The position numbers were made by a program, and so were the translations under genes. 64,000 bases of DNA from Alphaproteobacteria bacterium (GTDB lineage: Bacteria > Pseudomonadota > Alphaproteobacteria > Bin95). The notes beneath the pieces are model-generated. The model was not told the origin of the DNA. It made no database searches and was given only the letters and a program-made list of their open reading frames with translations. The stretch lies in the NCBI GenBank assembly GCA_965205265.1, contig CBDBGH010000003.1, forward strand, positions 640,001 through 704,000, in the 5' to 3' direction. This document shows, in pieces, positions 25,775-35,944 of the stretch (position 1 is the stretch's first letter; every line of letters begins with the position of its first letter).

Positions 25775-28396
25775 CTAGCCCAGCCGGGCGAGCGCTCCTT
25801 CGAGCGCTGCGCGCTGGCCGGCGAGCTCGTTGCGCTGCTCCCGCTGGTCCTCGACCACCTCGGCCGGGGCGCGGGTGAGGAACCGGTCATTGCCGAGCTT
25901 CTTGTCGATCCCCGAAATGCGGGCGTCGATCTGCGCCATTTCGCGGTCCAAACGCTCGCGTTCCTTGCCGAAGTCGATCACCTCTGCGAGTTTCAGCGCC
26001 ACCGTTGCGCCGGGCAGCGCCACCTCGACCGAGCCCTCCGGCGCGGCCCCCTCCGACAGGCTTTCCAGCCGCGCCAGCCTGAGTATCTGCGGCGCATTGC
26101 GCGCGGCGCGGTCGGCGCTCTCCCCGTCGGCGCCGACAAGCGCGGCGTCGATCCTGGCGCCCGCCGGGACATTGAGTTCCGACCGCACGCGGCGGATCTC
26201 CGAGATCAACTGGATGGTCCAGCCGATCTCGGCCGGCGGCTCGCCCGCGTCGTCATCGGGCCAGGCCGCGCCGATCAGCCCGCCTTCCACGAGGCCCAGC
26301 GCGTCGTTCAACTCCTCGGTCACGAAGGGCGTCAGCGGGTGCAGCATCCGCAGGACGCGGTCCAGCACCCAGGCGGCCGTCGCGCGGGTCTCGTCCGCCG
26401 CCCGCCCGCCCTCGGCGAAAACCGGCTTGGCGAACTCGATGAACCAGTCGCAGAACTCGCCCCAGACGAAGCGGTAAAGAACGTCCGCCACCTCGTTGAA
26501 GCGGTATGTGTCCATCGCCGCTTCCACCTGTCGGCGCGTCTCGACGGTCCGGGCGACGATCCAGCGGTTCAGCGTTTCCTCGACGGCGGCGGAATCGAAA
26601 CCCGGCCGGGGCGTGCAGCCGTTCATCTCGCAGAAGCGCGCGGCGTTCCAGAGCTTGGTGGTGAAGTTGCGGTAGCCCGCGACCCGGCTTTCGGAGAGCT
26701 TGATGTCGCGGCCGGGCGCGGCGAGCGCGGCCAGGGTGAAGCGCAGCGCGTCGGCCCCGTAGCTCGCGCACATGTCCAGCGGGTCGATGATATTGCCCTT
26801 GGACTTGGACATCTTGGCGCCGTGCTGGTCGCGCACGAGCGCATGGATATAGACGGTGCGGAAGGGCACTTCACCCATGAAATGCAGGCCCATCATCATC
26901 ATCCGGGCGACCCAGAAGAAGATGATGTCGAAGCCCGTCACCAGCACGTCGCCCGGATAGTAGCGGTCGAGCGCGGGCGTCCGCTCCGGCCAGCCGAGCG
27001 TCGAGAACGGCCAGAGCGCGGAAGAGAACCAGGTGTCGAGCACATCCGGGTCCTGCTGCAGTTCCACGCCCGGCCCGAAACGCGCTTCGGCCTCCGCCCT
27101 TGCCTCGGCCTCCGTTTCGGCGACGAAGACCGAATCCCCGGGGCCGTACCAAGCCGGAATCCGGTGCCCCCACCAGAGCTGCCGCGAGATGCACCAGGGC
27201 TGGATATTGCGCATCCACTCGAAATAGGTCTTGGCCCAGTTTTCCGGGACGAAGCGGGTGCGTCCGCTCTCGACCGCCTCGATCGCCGGTTTCGCCAGGG
27301 TCGCGGCGTCGGCATACCACTGCTCCGCCAGGTAGGGCTCGATGGGCACCCCGCCGCGGTCGCCATAGGGGACCGTGTGGCGATGGCGCTCGACGCGCTC
27401 CAGCGCTCCCGCCGCTTCAAGGTCGGCGACCACCCGCTCGCGCGCCGCGAACCGCTCCAGGCCGCGATAGGCCTCCGGCGCCGCGTCGTTCAGATGCGCC
27501 GTCCGGTCGAAGATGTTGACGACATCCAGCCCGTGCCGCCGCCCGACCTCGAAATCGTTGAAGTCGTGCGCCGGGGTGATCTTGACCGCGCCGGAGCCCT
27601 GCTTCGGGTCGGCATGGGCGTCGGCGACGATGGGGAGTCGCCGGTCCACCAGCGGCAGGATGCAATGGCGGCCGACCAGATGCCTGTAGCGCGGGTCGTC
27701 CGGATGGACCGCGACGCCCGTATCGCCCAGCATCGTCTCGGGCCGCGTCGTGGCGACGGTCAGGCTCTCGCCGTCCCCGCCTTCGACGGGATAGCGGATA
27801 TACCAGAGATGGCCGTCGGTCTCGGTCTGCTGCACCTCGAGGTCCGAGATCGCGGTCTCCAGCGCCGGGTCCCAGTTCACCAGCCGCTGGTCCTTGTAGA
27901 TCAGGCCCTCGCGGTATAGCTGCACGAAGACCCTGACGACCGCTTTCGACAGGCCCTCATCCATGGTGAAACGCTCGCGCGCCCAGTCGGCCGATGCGCC
28001 GAGCGAGCGAAGCTGGCGGGTGATCTGCCCACCCGACTCCGCCTTCCACTCCCAGACCCGGTCCAGGAACTTCTCGCGTCCGAGGTCGGTCCGCTTGAGT
28101 CCTTCCTCGTCGAGCTGGCGCTCCACCACCATCTGCGTCGCGATTCCGGCATGGTCGGTGCCGGGCTGCCAGAGCGCGTCCCTGTTCCTCATGCGGTGGT
28201 AGCGGATCAGGATGTCCTGCAGCGTGAAAGTCAGGCCGTGGCCCATATGCAGGCTGCCGGTGACATTCGGCGGCGGCATCATGATCGTGTAGGGCCGGGC
28301 GCCTTGCCTCACGCCCGCGGCAAAGGCGCCGGCGCGCTCCCAGGCGTCATAGCGCGGCGCTTCCACCGCGTCGGAACGGTAGGTCTTCTCCAGCAT
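25775..28396 (-). CDS. valS: Valine--tRNA ligase
   Basis: PPPNVTGSLHMGH, WCISRQLWWGH, KMSKS; C-terminal coiled coil. Confidence 0.98.
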   Translation of the reverse strand: MLEKTYRSDAVEAPRYDAWERAGAFAAGVRQGARPYTIMMPPPNVTGSLHMGHGLTFTLQDILIRYHRMRNRDALWQPGTDHAGIATQMVVERQLDEEGLKRTDLGREKFLDRVWEWKAESGGQITRQLRSLGASADWARERFTMDEGLSKAVVRVFVQLYREGLIYKDQRLVNWDPALETAISDLEVQQTETDGHLWYIRYPVEGGDGESLTVATTRPETMLGDTGVAVHPDDPRYRHLVGRHCILPLVDRRLPIVADAHADPKQGSGAVKITPAHDFNDFEVGRRHGLDVVNIFDRTAHLNDAAPEAYRGLERFAARERVVADLEAAGALERVERHRHTVPYGDRGGVPIEPYLAEQWYADAATLAKPAIEAVESGRTRFVPENWAKTYFEWMRNIQPWCISRQLWWGHRIPAWYGPGDSVFVAETEAEARAEAEARFGPGVELQQDPDVLDTWFSSALWPFSTLGWPERTPALDRYYPGDVLVTGFDIIFFWVARMMMMGLHFMGEVPFRTVYIHALVRDQHGAKMSKSKGNIIDPLDMCASYGADALRFTLAALAAPGRDIKLSESRVAGYRNFTTKLWNAARFCEMNGCTPRPGFDSAAVEETLNRWIVARTVETRRQVEAAMDTYRFNEVADVLYRFVWGEFCDWFIEFAKPVFAEGGRAADETRATAAWVLDRVLRMLHPLTPFVTEELNDALGLVEGGLIGAAWPDDDAGEPPAEIGWTIQLISEIRRVRSELNVPAGARIDAALVGADGESADRAARNAPQILRLARLESLSEGAAPEGSVEVALPGATVALKLAEVIDFGKERERLDREMAQIDARISGIDKKLGNDRFLTRAPAEVVEDQREQRNELAGQRAALEGALARLG

Positions 28397-28432
28397 GGGG
28401 AATCCGTTCTGTCGGATGGGGTGAAAGGCCCG

Positions 28433-28897
28433 TCAGCGTCTGCCGGCCCGCGAAAGGCGCTGAATCTCCTCTTCGACCAGACGCTCCACGATGTCCGGCA
28501 AATGCTTGTCCAGCCACTCGTTGAGCATCGGCCTCAGCATGGCGCGGACCATATCCTCTATGGTCTCGCCGCCTTCGCTGACGGGCAGCCGCCTCGCCGC
28601 CGTCTCGTCCTCCTCGACCGCCTGCGCCAGACCGGCAAACGCCTGCGCCGAGGCAGCCGCCGTAGAAGTCGATACCAACTCCTCGCCACCGGCACCCGCC
28701 TTCGCTGCACCCGCCTTCGCTTCACCCTCCGGCGGCACTTCGTCCGTGAGTTCGAGAATATCGTCGTCGTCCGGGTTCTGCTGCGCGGGGTTCGCGTTCT
28801 GCGTTTCGTCCGAGACGGCCTTGCCGATGGATGCCATGATCTCCTCCATGGTCCGCTCGTCCTCGCCGCGTCCGGCGCCGCTGACAGGTTCTCTCAT
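28433..28897 (-). CDS. popZ: Polar organizing protein PopZ (DUF2497)
   Basis: MEEIMASI N-helix, acidic linker, TIEDMVRAMLRPMLNEWLDKHLPDIVERLV; tolC-popZ-valS synteny. Confidence 0.85.
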   Translation of the reverse strand: MREPVSGAGRGEDERTMEEIMASIGKAVSDETQNANPAQQNPDDDDILELTDEVPPEGEAKAGAAKAGAGGEELVSTSTAAASAQAFAGLAQAVEEDETAARRLPVSEGGETIEDMVRAMLRPMLNEWLDKHLPDIVERLVEEEIQRLSRAGRR

Positions 28898-30291
28898 TTG
28901 CTCCGGCCTCCGCCGAATATCGCGCCCGGATCCCACCGGAGCGTGCGGGCGCGGTCGTAATTGGTCCGGAAATCGTAAAGCGGCACGGGCACCTGCTGGA
29001 CCTCCGCGGTCAGACGGCCCATCGCCGCCGCCAATCGGTAGCTGGCGACCGCTTCCGACTGCTTCGTGCGCACGACATTCACGCGGGCGTCCAGAAGGTC
29101 CTGCTCGGCATCCAGAACATCGAGCAGGGTGCGGGTGCCGACCTCGGCTTCCTGTTGCAGGCCGTCGAGTGCGATCTCCGAAGCCCGGACCTCCGTGGTC
29201 AGCGATTCCAGCCGCGCGCGAGCGGCGGCGAGGCTTTCCCAGGCCCTGACCGCCTGCTCGACGGCGATGCGGCGGCGGTCCTCGGCCACGGCGCGCAGGC
29301 GCGACGCGGTTTGTATAGCCGCGCGGCGGCGGGAGGTGACGCTTCCGGCTTCGTAGAGGGGTACCGACACCACGGCCGATATCGTGGCGTCGCTGTTCCT
29401 GTTGTCCCGCCCCCCGGCATCTCTTCGATGCATGACATTGCCGACCAGATTGACCGTCGGCAGCAATTCGCTCCGAATCGCGTCCGCATCCGCCAGCGCC
29501 GCCTGCTCGTCGAAGGAGGCAGCCGCCACATCCGGATGATGCTGCGATGCAGCCTCGACGGCTTCTTCCTTCGTCCCGGGCAGGCCGGTGAGCGGCGGGG
29601 GCGCCTCCAGCCGGCCGGGAAGCCCGCCGACCACGCGCTCATAGCCGGCCCGAGATGCTTCCAACTGGCCCTCGGCGGAGGCCCGCTCTGCAATGGCGCG
29701 CGCCAGCCGCGCTTCCGCCTGCGCGACATCGGTGCGCGTCACCTCGCCGACCTCGAACTGGTCGCGCGCCGCCTGAAGGCGGCGGCGCAGCACATTGACG
29801 TTGTTGACCGTCAACTCCACCACGGCCTGGTCGCGCACCACGTCCATAAACGCCATGCCGGTGCTGAGGAAAACGGCCTGCTCGACAGAGATGAGCCGTG
29901 CCCGCTGGGCGGAGACGCGATGCTTCGCTCCGCGCAGCCGGGCGGCGGTCTGCTGCCCCTTGTAAAGCGGCTGCCTCGCCTCGAGTTCCAGAGTGGCGGG
30001 ACTGCGTTTCTCCGACATGGAACCTTGGGGCCGGCTCGGAACCCTGGAGTCATAGTGTCCGAAACCCGCGCTGCCCCGCGCCGTCACTGTCGGCCGCCAG
30101 CCGGACAGCGCCTGCGGCACGCCCTCGTCCGTGGCGCGCAGGCGCGCGCGCTCGGCCTCGAGCTGCGGGTTCGCGGCGTAGGCCTTGGCCATCGCCTCGA
30201 GGAGTGTGTCGCCGGCCGCTGCCTGAGGCAGGGCGGCCGCCAGCGCCGCCGCAGCGCAAAGCGTCGCAAATCGGAACCGTCGAGCGCTCAA
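28894..30291 (-). CDS. tolC: TolC family outer membrane channel
   Basis: Signal peptide; FEVGEVTRTDVAQAEARL, EAEVGTRTLLDVLDAEQ; TTGA overlap with pcm. Confidence 0.9.
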   Translation of the reverse strand: MSARRFRFATLCAAAALAAALPQAAAGDTLLEAMAKAYAANPQLEAERARLRATDEGVPQALSGWRPTVTARGSAGFGHYDSRVPSRPQGSMSEKRSPATLELEARQPLYKGQQTAARLRGAKHRVSAQRARLISVEQAVFLSTGMAFMDVVRDQAVVELTVNNVNVLRRRLQAARDQFEVGEVTRTDVAQAEARLARAIAERASAEGQLEASRAGYERVVGGLPGRLEAPPPLTGLPGTKEEAVEAASQHHPDVAAASFDEQAALADADAIRSELLPTVNLVGNVMHRRDAGGRDNRNSDATISAVVSVPLYEAGSVTSRRRAAIQTASRLRAVAEDRRRIAVEQAVRAWESLAAARARLESLTTEVRASEIALDGLQQEAEVGTRTLLDVLDAEQDLLDARVNVVRTKQSEAVASYRLAAAMGRLTAEVQQVPVPLYDFRTNYDRARTLRWDPGAIFGGGRSK

Positions 30292-30941
30292 AACACGAAC
30301 TCCTGCCTGGGCTCGAAGCCGGCAACATAGGGGGTGCCGGCATCGAAGACGGTGCGCGACGACACCACGCCGCCCCGTTTCGTAAAGATCTCCGCCCGGC
30401 CGAGCCCGCCGCCGGACCGCACCACCGCGGCGAGCCGTCCGCCTTCCGCCAACTGGTCGAGCAGGGCCGGCGGAACGGACGCGACGGCGCCCTGGACGGT
30501 GATGAGATTGAACGGCGCCTCCTCGGGACAGCCGGCCTCCAGCGGCCCTTCGACCACCAGGACATTGTCGCTGCCCGCCTCGGCAAGCGCTTTGCGGGCC
30601 TTTTCCGCGAGCTCGCCGTCGCTTTCCAGCGCCACGACGGCGCTCGCAATCCGGCCTAGAACGGCGCTCGAATAGCCGAGCCCGGCGCCGATATCGAGCA
30701 CATAGTCGCCCGGTCCGGGTTCGGCGCACTGCACGAGGCGCGCAAAGACCATCGGCTCCACCAGAACGCGGCCGCGAAACGCAAGGTCCTCGTCCACATA
30801 GGCGACCGGCTTCAGCGCGGTCGGAACGAACTCCTCGCGCGCCACATCGCCCATCGCGTCCAGCAACGCCGCATTCGTCACCCGGCCGGCCCGCAACTGG
30901 CACTCCACCATATTCGCCCTCTGGACGACATATTCGCTCAT
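30288..30941 (-). CDS. pcm: Protein-L-isoaspartate O-methyltransferase family
   Basis: RANMVECQLR, REEFVP, LDIGAGLGYSSA, FEPRQEFVF. Confidence 0.9.
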   Translation of the reverse strand: MSEYVVQRANMVECQLRAGRVTNAALLDAMGDVAREEFVPTALKPVAYVDEDLAFRGRVLVEPMVFARLVQCAEPGPGDYVLDIGAGLGYSSAVLGRIASAVVALESDGELAEKARKALAEAGSDNVLVVEGPLEAGCPEEAPFNLITVQGAVASVPPALLDQLAEGGRLAAVVRSGGGLGRAEIFTKRGGVVSSRTVFDAGTPYVAGFEPRQEFVF

Positions 30942-31116
30942 CGCCGCATGCCCGCTTCCCGCTTTGAGGCGAATATAGCCCGTCTCGCGGGCATGACAAC
31001 GCCATGCGCCTTCCCGCCGGGTCCGCTTCCTGCACGCCGGCAAGAACCTTAGTTTTCCACAAATTGCGGTCTTAGATCATTGGCAATACGACATATTGTG
31101 CTGTATTGGCTAGCGC

Positions 31117-31611
31117 ATGTTCAAACAGAGAACTTTTGCCGAGGCGCTGAATCCGATCGATCTGGTCGAGGATATCGTGCGGGCGTGGGACTGGGCCTAC
31201 AGCCGGGACGATTCGCGAACGCTCACGGCCGAGCTTCAGGGCAGTTGGGGCGAGACCTCCGTGTGCGCGGCCTGGCACACGCGCCCCGCCGTCATGCAGA
31301 TTGCCGCGGCCTGCCGATTGCCGGTGCCGGCGGAGGGGCGGGACGCACTGCTGGAAATGCTCGCCCATGCCAACGATATGCTGGAAATCGGGCATTTCTG
31401 CTTCGAACGCGACGCCGGGGCGCTTTGCTTCCGCCACGCCGTTCCGCTTCGCGGCGTTTCGGCCTCCAGGGAACCGGTGGAGGATATCCTGCTCGCCGCC
31501 ACAAGCGGGCTGGACCAATTCTATCCGGCGTTCCAACATGCGCTGTGGGGCGGCAAGTCGCCGGCCAAGGCCGTGGCGGCCGCAATGATCCATCCGATGG
31601 GCGAGGCATGA
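31117..31611 (+). CDS. YbjN domain protein
   Basis: NPIDLVE..., N..L.IGHF, FYPAFQ..LWGGKSP; conserved position upstream of proC in Alphaproteobacteria. Confidence 0.8.
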   Translation: MFKQRTFAEALNPIDLVEDIVRAWDWAYSRDDSRTLTAELQGSWGETSVCAAWHTRPAVMQIAAACRLPVPAEGRDALLEMLAHANDMLEIGHFCFERDAGALCFRHAVPLRGVSASREPVEDILLAATSGLDQFYPAFQHALWGGKSPAKAVAAAMIHPMGEA

Positions 31612-32426
31612 GCACTCCTAACCTGATCCTTGTCGGCTGCGGCAAGATGGGCGGCGCGCTGTTGACCGGCTGGCTGGAACGGCGCTTCGCCGACCAGATC
31701 GTGGTCGTCGAGCCGGAAGAGGCCGCGACGCGCGAATTTCAGGGCAGTCCGGGCGTCCACATCACGACGGCGCTCGAAAATGTCACCGACCGGCTGCGCC
31801 CGGACGCGGTTATCTTCGCGGTCAAACCCCAGGTGATGGACGAGGTCGTTCCGGCCTATTGCAGATATACGGGGCATGGTGCGCCCGTGTTCCTCTCGAT
31901 AGCCGCCGGGACCCCGGTCGCGTTCTTCGAGAAAATACTGGGCCGGGGCGCCGCGGTTGTCCGCGCCATGCCGAACACGCCGGCGGCGGTCGGGCGCGGC
32001 ATTGCCGCACTCACCGCGAACCGGGGCGTCGATCCCGCGCAGATGGCGCTTTGCCAGACGATCTGCGAAGCCGTCGGCGAGGTCGTCTGGCTCGGCGATG
32101 AGACGGCCATGGACGCGGTGACGGCCGTTTCCGGCAGCGGCCCGGCCTATGTCTTCCATCTGGTGGAGGCGCTTGCTGCGGCCGGCCAGCGCGAGGGCCT
32201 GCCGGCCGACATGGCGATGCGCCTCGCCCGCGCCACCGTTTCCGGGGCCGGGGAACTGCTGAACCGGTCGCCGGAAGGCGCGGACGTGCTGAGGCGTAAT
32301 GTCACCAGTCCGGGCGGGACCACCGCCGCCGCCCTCGACGTATTGATGGCGGATGACGGCCTGGCCGCGCTGATGCGCCGCGCCGTCGCCGCCGCCGCCA
32401 ATCGTTCGCGGGAACTGGGCGGATAG
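31608..32426 (+). CDS. proC: Pyrroline-5-carboxylate reductase
   Basis: GCGKMG, AVKPQ, RAMPNTP, TAVSGSGPAY, VTSPGGTT. Confidence 0.97.
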   Translation: MSTPNLILVGCGKMGGALLTGWLERRFADQIVVVEPEEAATREFQGSPGVHITTALENVTDRLRPDAVIFAVKPQVMDEVVPAYCRYTGHGAPVFLSIAAGTPVAFFEKILGRGAAVVRAMPNTPAAVGRGIAALTANRGVDPAQMALCQTICEAVGEVVWLGDETAMDAVTAVSGSGPAYVFHLVEALAAAGQREGLPADMAMRLARATVSGAGELLNRSPEGADVLRRNVTSPGGTTAAALDVLMADDGLAALMRRAVAAAANRSRELGG

Positions 32427-32433
32427 CCGGCGC

Positions 32434-32462
32434 TTGACCGGTTGGGGCGGCGTCCCTATACA
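32434..32462 (+). promoter_or_regulatory. Sigma70 promoter of rpmB
   Basis: TTGACC-N17-TATACA, 42 nt upstream of rpmB. Confidence 0.65.
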
Positions 32463-32504
32463 GCCGCGTTCCGAACGAGACCGTTCCGGCAGGGAGAGAA
32501 GGCG

Positions 32505-32813
32505 ATGTCGCGGCGCTGCGCGATCACCGGCAAGGGCGTGATGACCGGCAACAATGTCAGCCACGCCAACAACAAGAGCCGCCGGCGTTTTCTGCCGAAT
32601 GTGCAGTCCAGGACGCTGCTGAGCGAAGTCCTGGGCGAAGCGGTGCGGCTGCGCATTTCGGGCCACGGCCTGCGCACGGTGGAGCATAATGGCGGTCTCG
32701 ACGCCTTCCTTCTCGGCCGTCCCGATTCGAGGCTGACGGTCGAGGCCCGGCGCATCAAGCGCCGTATCGAGAAGGCGAAGGCCAAGCGCGAAGCCCGCGA
32801 ACAGGCCGCCTAG
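32505..32813 (+). CDS. rpmB: 50S ribosomal protein L28
   Basis: [10 protein letters not shown]...[18 protein letters not shown]. Confidence 0.97.
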   Translation: MSRRCAITGKGVMTGNNVSHANNKSRRRFLPNVQSRTLLSEVLGEAVRLRISGHGLRTVEHNGGLDAFLLGRPDSRLTVEARRIKRRIEKAKAKREAREQAA

Positions 32814-32829
32814 CCGGGACTTCGCCGCC

Positions 32830-34119
32830 CTAATCGGCGAAGGGGTCGTACATCGCTATCGTGTCTTCGCGGTCCGGTCCCGTGGACAGCATCGCGACCG
32901 GGCAGCCGATCAGTTCCTCGACACGCCGGACATATTTGACCGCCGTGGCCGGCAATTGCGCCCAGCCCGTGGCGCCTGCCGTGCTTTCGGACCAGCCTTC
33001 CAGCCGCTCATACACCGGTTCGACCGCTGCCTGGTCGGCCTGGCTGGCCGGCAGGCGCGACAGCATGCGCCCGCCGATGCGGTATCCCGTGCAGACTTTC
33101 AGGCTTTCAAGGCCGTCCAGCACATCGAGCTTGGTGAGCGCGATGCCGTCGATGCCCGAGAGCCGCACCGCCTGGCGCACCGCCGCCGCATCGAACCAGC
33201 CGCAGCGCCGCGGCCGGCCGGTGACGGTGCCGAACTCGCGGCCGCGCTCCGCAAGATGCGCGCCGATCCCGTCCGTCAATTCGGTGGGGAACGGGCCGCC
33301 GCCGACGCGCGTCGTATAGGCCTTGGCGGTGCCGAGCACATAGCCGACCGCGCCCGGCCCCATGCCGCTGCCGACCGCAGCTGCCGCGGCAACCGTGTTC
33401 GAGGAGGTCACGAAGGGATAGGTGCCGTGGTCCACATCGAGCAGAATGCCTTGCGCGCCTTCGAACAGAAGCCGCTTCCCGGACCGGCGCAGCCCGTCCA
33501 GCCGCTCCCATACGCAATCGACATAAGGCGCCAGCGGACCGCGAACCTCCTCCAGACCCGCAATGAGCTCGTCCGGCGCGATTTCCTCCGCGCTCCATCC
33601 CCGGAGCAATGCGTTGTGATGCTCCAGCAGATGGCCGACCTTCTCCCGGAGCCCGGCATCGTCATAGAGGTCGGCAACGCGGATCGCGCGCCGCCCGGCC
33701 TTGTCTTCATAGGCAACGCCGATGCCGCGCCCGGTCGTGCCGATGGCGCCCTTTCCCCGCCGCTTTTCGCGGAGCCGGTCCACGCGCCCGTAGAAGGGCA
33801 GGATCAAGGTCGCGCTTTCCGCGAGGCGCAGCGTTTCGGGAGAAACCGCAACGCCTTGCCCGCGCAGGCGGTCCATTTCCTCCAGCAGCGCCCACGGGTC
33901 CACCACGACGCCGTTGCCGATGATCGACAGCGTGCCCCGCACCACGCCGGACGGCAGCAGAGAGAGCTTGTAGGTCTCGTTGGCAACCTGCAGGGTGTGG
34001 CCGGCATTGTGTCCGCCCTGGAAGCGCACCACGACATCGGCCCGCTCGGCGAGCCAGTCCACGACCTTGCCCTTGCCTTCGTCGCCCCATTGCGCGCCGA
34101 TCACGGCCACATTGGTCAT
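32830..34119 (-). CDS. purA: Adenylosuccinate synthetase
   Basis: [36 protein letters not shown]. Confidence 0.98.
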   Translation of the reverse strand: MTNVAVIGAQWGDEGKGKVVDWLAERADVVVRFQGGHNAGHTLQVANETYKLSLLPSGVVRGTLSIIGNGVVVDPWALLEEMDRLRGQGVAVSPETLRLAESATLILPFYGRVDRLREKRRGKGAIGTTGRGIGVAYEDKAGRRAIRVADLYDDAGLREKVGHLLEHHNALLRGWSAEEIAPDELIAGLEEVRGPLAPYVDCVWERLDGLRRSGKRLLFEGAQGILLDVDHGTYPFVTSSNTVAAAAAVGSGMGPGAVGYVLGTAKAYTTRVGGGPFPTELTDGIGAHLAERGREFGTVTGRPRRCGWFDAAAVRQAVRLSGIDGIALTKLDVLDGLESLKVCTGYRIGGRMLSRLPASQADQAAVEPVYERLEGWSESTAGATGWAQLPATAVKYVRRVEELIGCPVAMLSTGPDREDTIAMYDPFAD

Positions 34120-35240
34120 TCCGGGTCTCCGTCCAGGGATTCGATGCCGCCGGCACCCAGCAGGTAGCTGCAGCCGAGACGGCGCGCTTCGGCTTCCGGA
34201 TCGCCTGCCGGCTGAAGCGCCTGCACCGTTATCCAGCCGTCCGCCTGCCAGCGCCGGCGTTCCGCGCCGCTTGTGCCGTAAGGCAAAAACAGGCGGGAAC
34301 GCGGGGCCGGCTGCGTCAGCAGGCGGTGGATGGCGTCGAGATAGAGCGTCACGCCCGTGCCCGTCTCGCCCTCGGCGCGGTAGCGGCCGCCGCGGCCCAC
34401 TTCGCCGCGACCGCCGCTTGCGAACAGGCTGAAGGCCGCTCCCGAGTAATACTGGAAGCCGCGGTGCTCCACCGGGTCGATGGTAATCCGCAGCCCGGGG
34501 GCCGCCGCCGCCACCGCCGCCGCAACTTCCAGCAGGCGGTCCCGAAGCGCGGCCGCGGCCGCCGGCAGGTCGAGCGAAGAGAGCGCCGGCGCCGCCGTTT
34601 CGTAAGGACCGGTCGCCGCCATCAGGGCCGTGAAGCGCGGTCCGCCCCGCGAAGCGACAGCTGCCGCATCCTTGCGGCCGAGCGCGTCGCCCAGCACGGT
34701 GTCGTCTTCAAGGCCGGCATCGGCGAGAAGCGCCCTCACCAGCGCCGGCGCGCCCAGGTCGATGCTCACCCCCGGCACGCCCAGCGCTTCCAGCGCCTCG
34801 AAGCCGAGCCGCGCGACCTCGGCATCGGCCGACACGCCTTCCGCGCCGATCAGTTCGACCCCGGCCTGGGCCACCTGGCGCTCGGCGTGGAGCTGGGAGA
34901 CGCCGACCCTCAGCACCTGTCCCGCATAGGCGAGGCGCAGCGGGCGCGGCTCGCCGGCAAGCCGGGTGCGTGCGATCCGCGCCACCTGGAGCGTCATGTC
35001 GGAGCGCAACGCCAGCATGTGTTGCGAAACCGGGTCCATGATGCGGAAGGTGTCGGCCGCAATCGCGGCGCCCTCGTCCGCCAGGAAGCTCGTCTCGAAC
35101 TCGGCGAGCGGCGGGTCAACGCGCTCGTAGCCGTTGAGCGCGAAGAGCTCCAGCAGGCGCGCCTCTACGGCCGCCTCGAAGGCGGCATCCGGAGGCAGGA
35201 CATCGCGCAATCCCGCCGGCAGCAGCGCCCTGTCGGTCAT
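34116..35240 (-). CDS. hisZ: ATP phosphoribosyltransferase regulatory subunit
   Basis: [36 protein letters not shown]; adjacent to purA. Confidence 0.93.
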   Translation of the reverse strand: MTDRALLPAGLRDVLPPDAAFEAAVEARLLELFALNGYERVDPPLAEFETSFLADEGAAIAADTFRIMDPVSQHMLALRSDMTLQVARIARTRLAGEPRPLRLAYAGQVLRVGVSQLHAERQVAQAGVELIGAEGVSADAEVARLGFEALEALGVPGVSIDLGAPALVRALLADAGLEDDTVLGDALGRKDAAAVASRGGPRFTALMAATGPYETAAPALSSLDLPAAAAALRDRLLEVAAAVAAAAPGLRITIDPVEHRGFQYYSGAAFSLFASGGRGEVGRGGRYRAEGETGTGVTLYLDAIHRLLTQPAPRSRLFLPYGTSGAERRRWQADGWITVQALQPAGDPEAEARRLGCSYLLGAGGIESLDGDPE

Positions 35241-35629
35241 ACACCCCGTCCGGCGGGGTCGTAGCGCTCCAGCGCGAGTCCGGGAAGGAAGCGGTAATGG
35301 CGGATATTACCGGTCAGCAGGCCCAAGCCGGAGACCACCGCCGAAGCTGCGACGAGCGCATCCCCGATGCGCATACCGTGCGAGAGCGCATACTCCTCGA
35401 CATAGGAGATTGCCCGGCTGCCAATCTCTTCCGTGAGCGGCAGGATGCGCCAGCCGTATGTCCGAACCGTCCATCGGAACAACTGAAGCTCCTGCCTGTT
35501 GCGCACGCCTTGCGCAACTTCCATATAAGTCACTGTCGAAATTCGGACGGGATGTTGTTTCGAGATCGCTTCCCGGGCAGGCGCCCGCCCGCGCAGAAAC
35601 CCTATCACAACGTCGGAATCAATCAGCAA
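35237..35629 (-). CDS. vapC: VapC/PIN domain toxin
   Basis: IDSDV, ISTVTYMEV, DALVAASA, LLTGNIRHY; TTG start overlapping the antitoxin. Confidence 0.85.
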   Translation of the reverse strand: MLIDSDVVIGFLRGRAPAREAISKQHPVRISTVTYMEVAQGVRNRQELQLFRWTVRTYGWRILPLTEEIGSRAISYVEEYALSHGMRIGDALVAASAVVSGLGLLTGNIRHYRFLPGLALERYDPAGRGV

Positions 35630-35873
35630 AAAGGAGCCCCTTGCGAAGGTTGCGAACCCAAGCGTCCACATCGTCCATATCCGTGCGGTCCTTCCACATG
35701 CCGAAGGCGGATGCGGGCGCAGGCTCATAGCAAGGCGCCTCCTCGGAATGTTCGATGGGCACCAGCCTCGCCCGGGGCTTGCCGCGATAGGTGACAGTCA
35801 CCTGCTCGCCCCGTTCCACCAGGGCCAGCGCCTCTCCGACACGGCTCCGCAATTCCTTGGCGGTTATCTCCAT
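35619..35873 (-). CDS. Phd/YefM family antitoxin
   Basis: ITAKELR...VERGEQVTVTYRGKPRARLVP with C-terminal AFGMWKDR tail. Confidence 0.85.
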   Translation of the reverse strand: MEITAKELRSRVGEALALVERGEQVTVTYRGKPRARLVPIEHSEEAPCYEPAPASAFGMWKDRTDMDDVDAWVRNLRKGLLFAD

Positions 35874-35944
35874 CGTTCGGTTCCCTACGTCCGAAGTGTC
35901 TCTTGGAAGGATACACTCGGCCCCCGGCAACGCAACCGCTCTGC

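Noticed and set aside
30942-31116. tRNA upstream of pcm
   Set aside because: No cloverleaf, T-loop GTTCGA or CCA end visible
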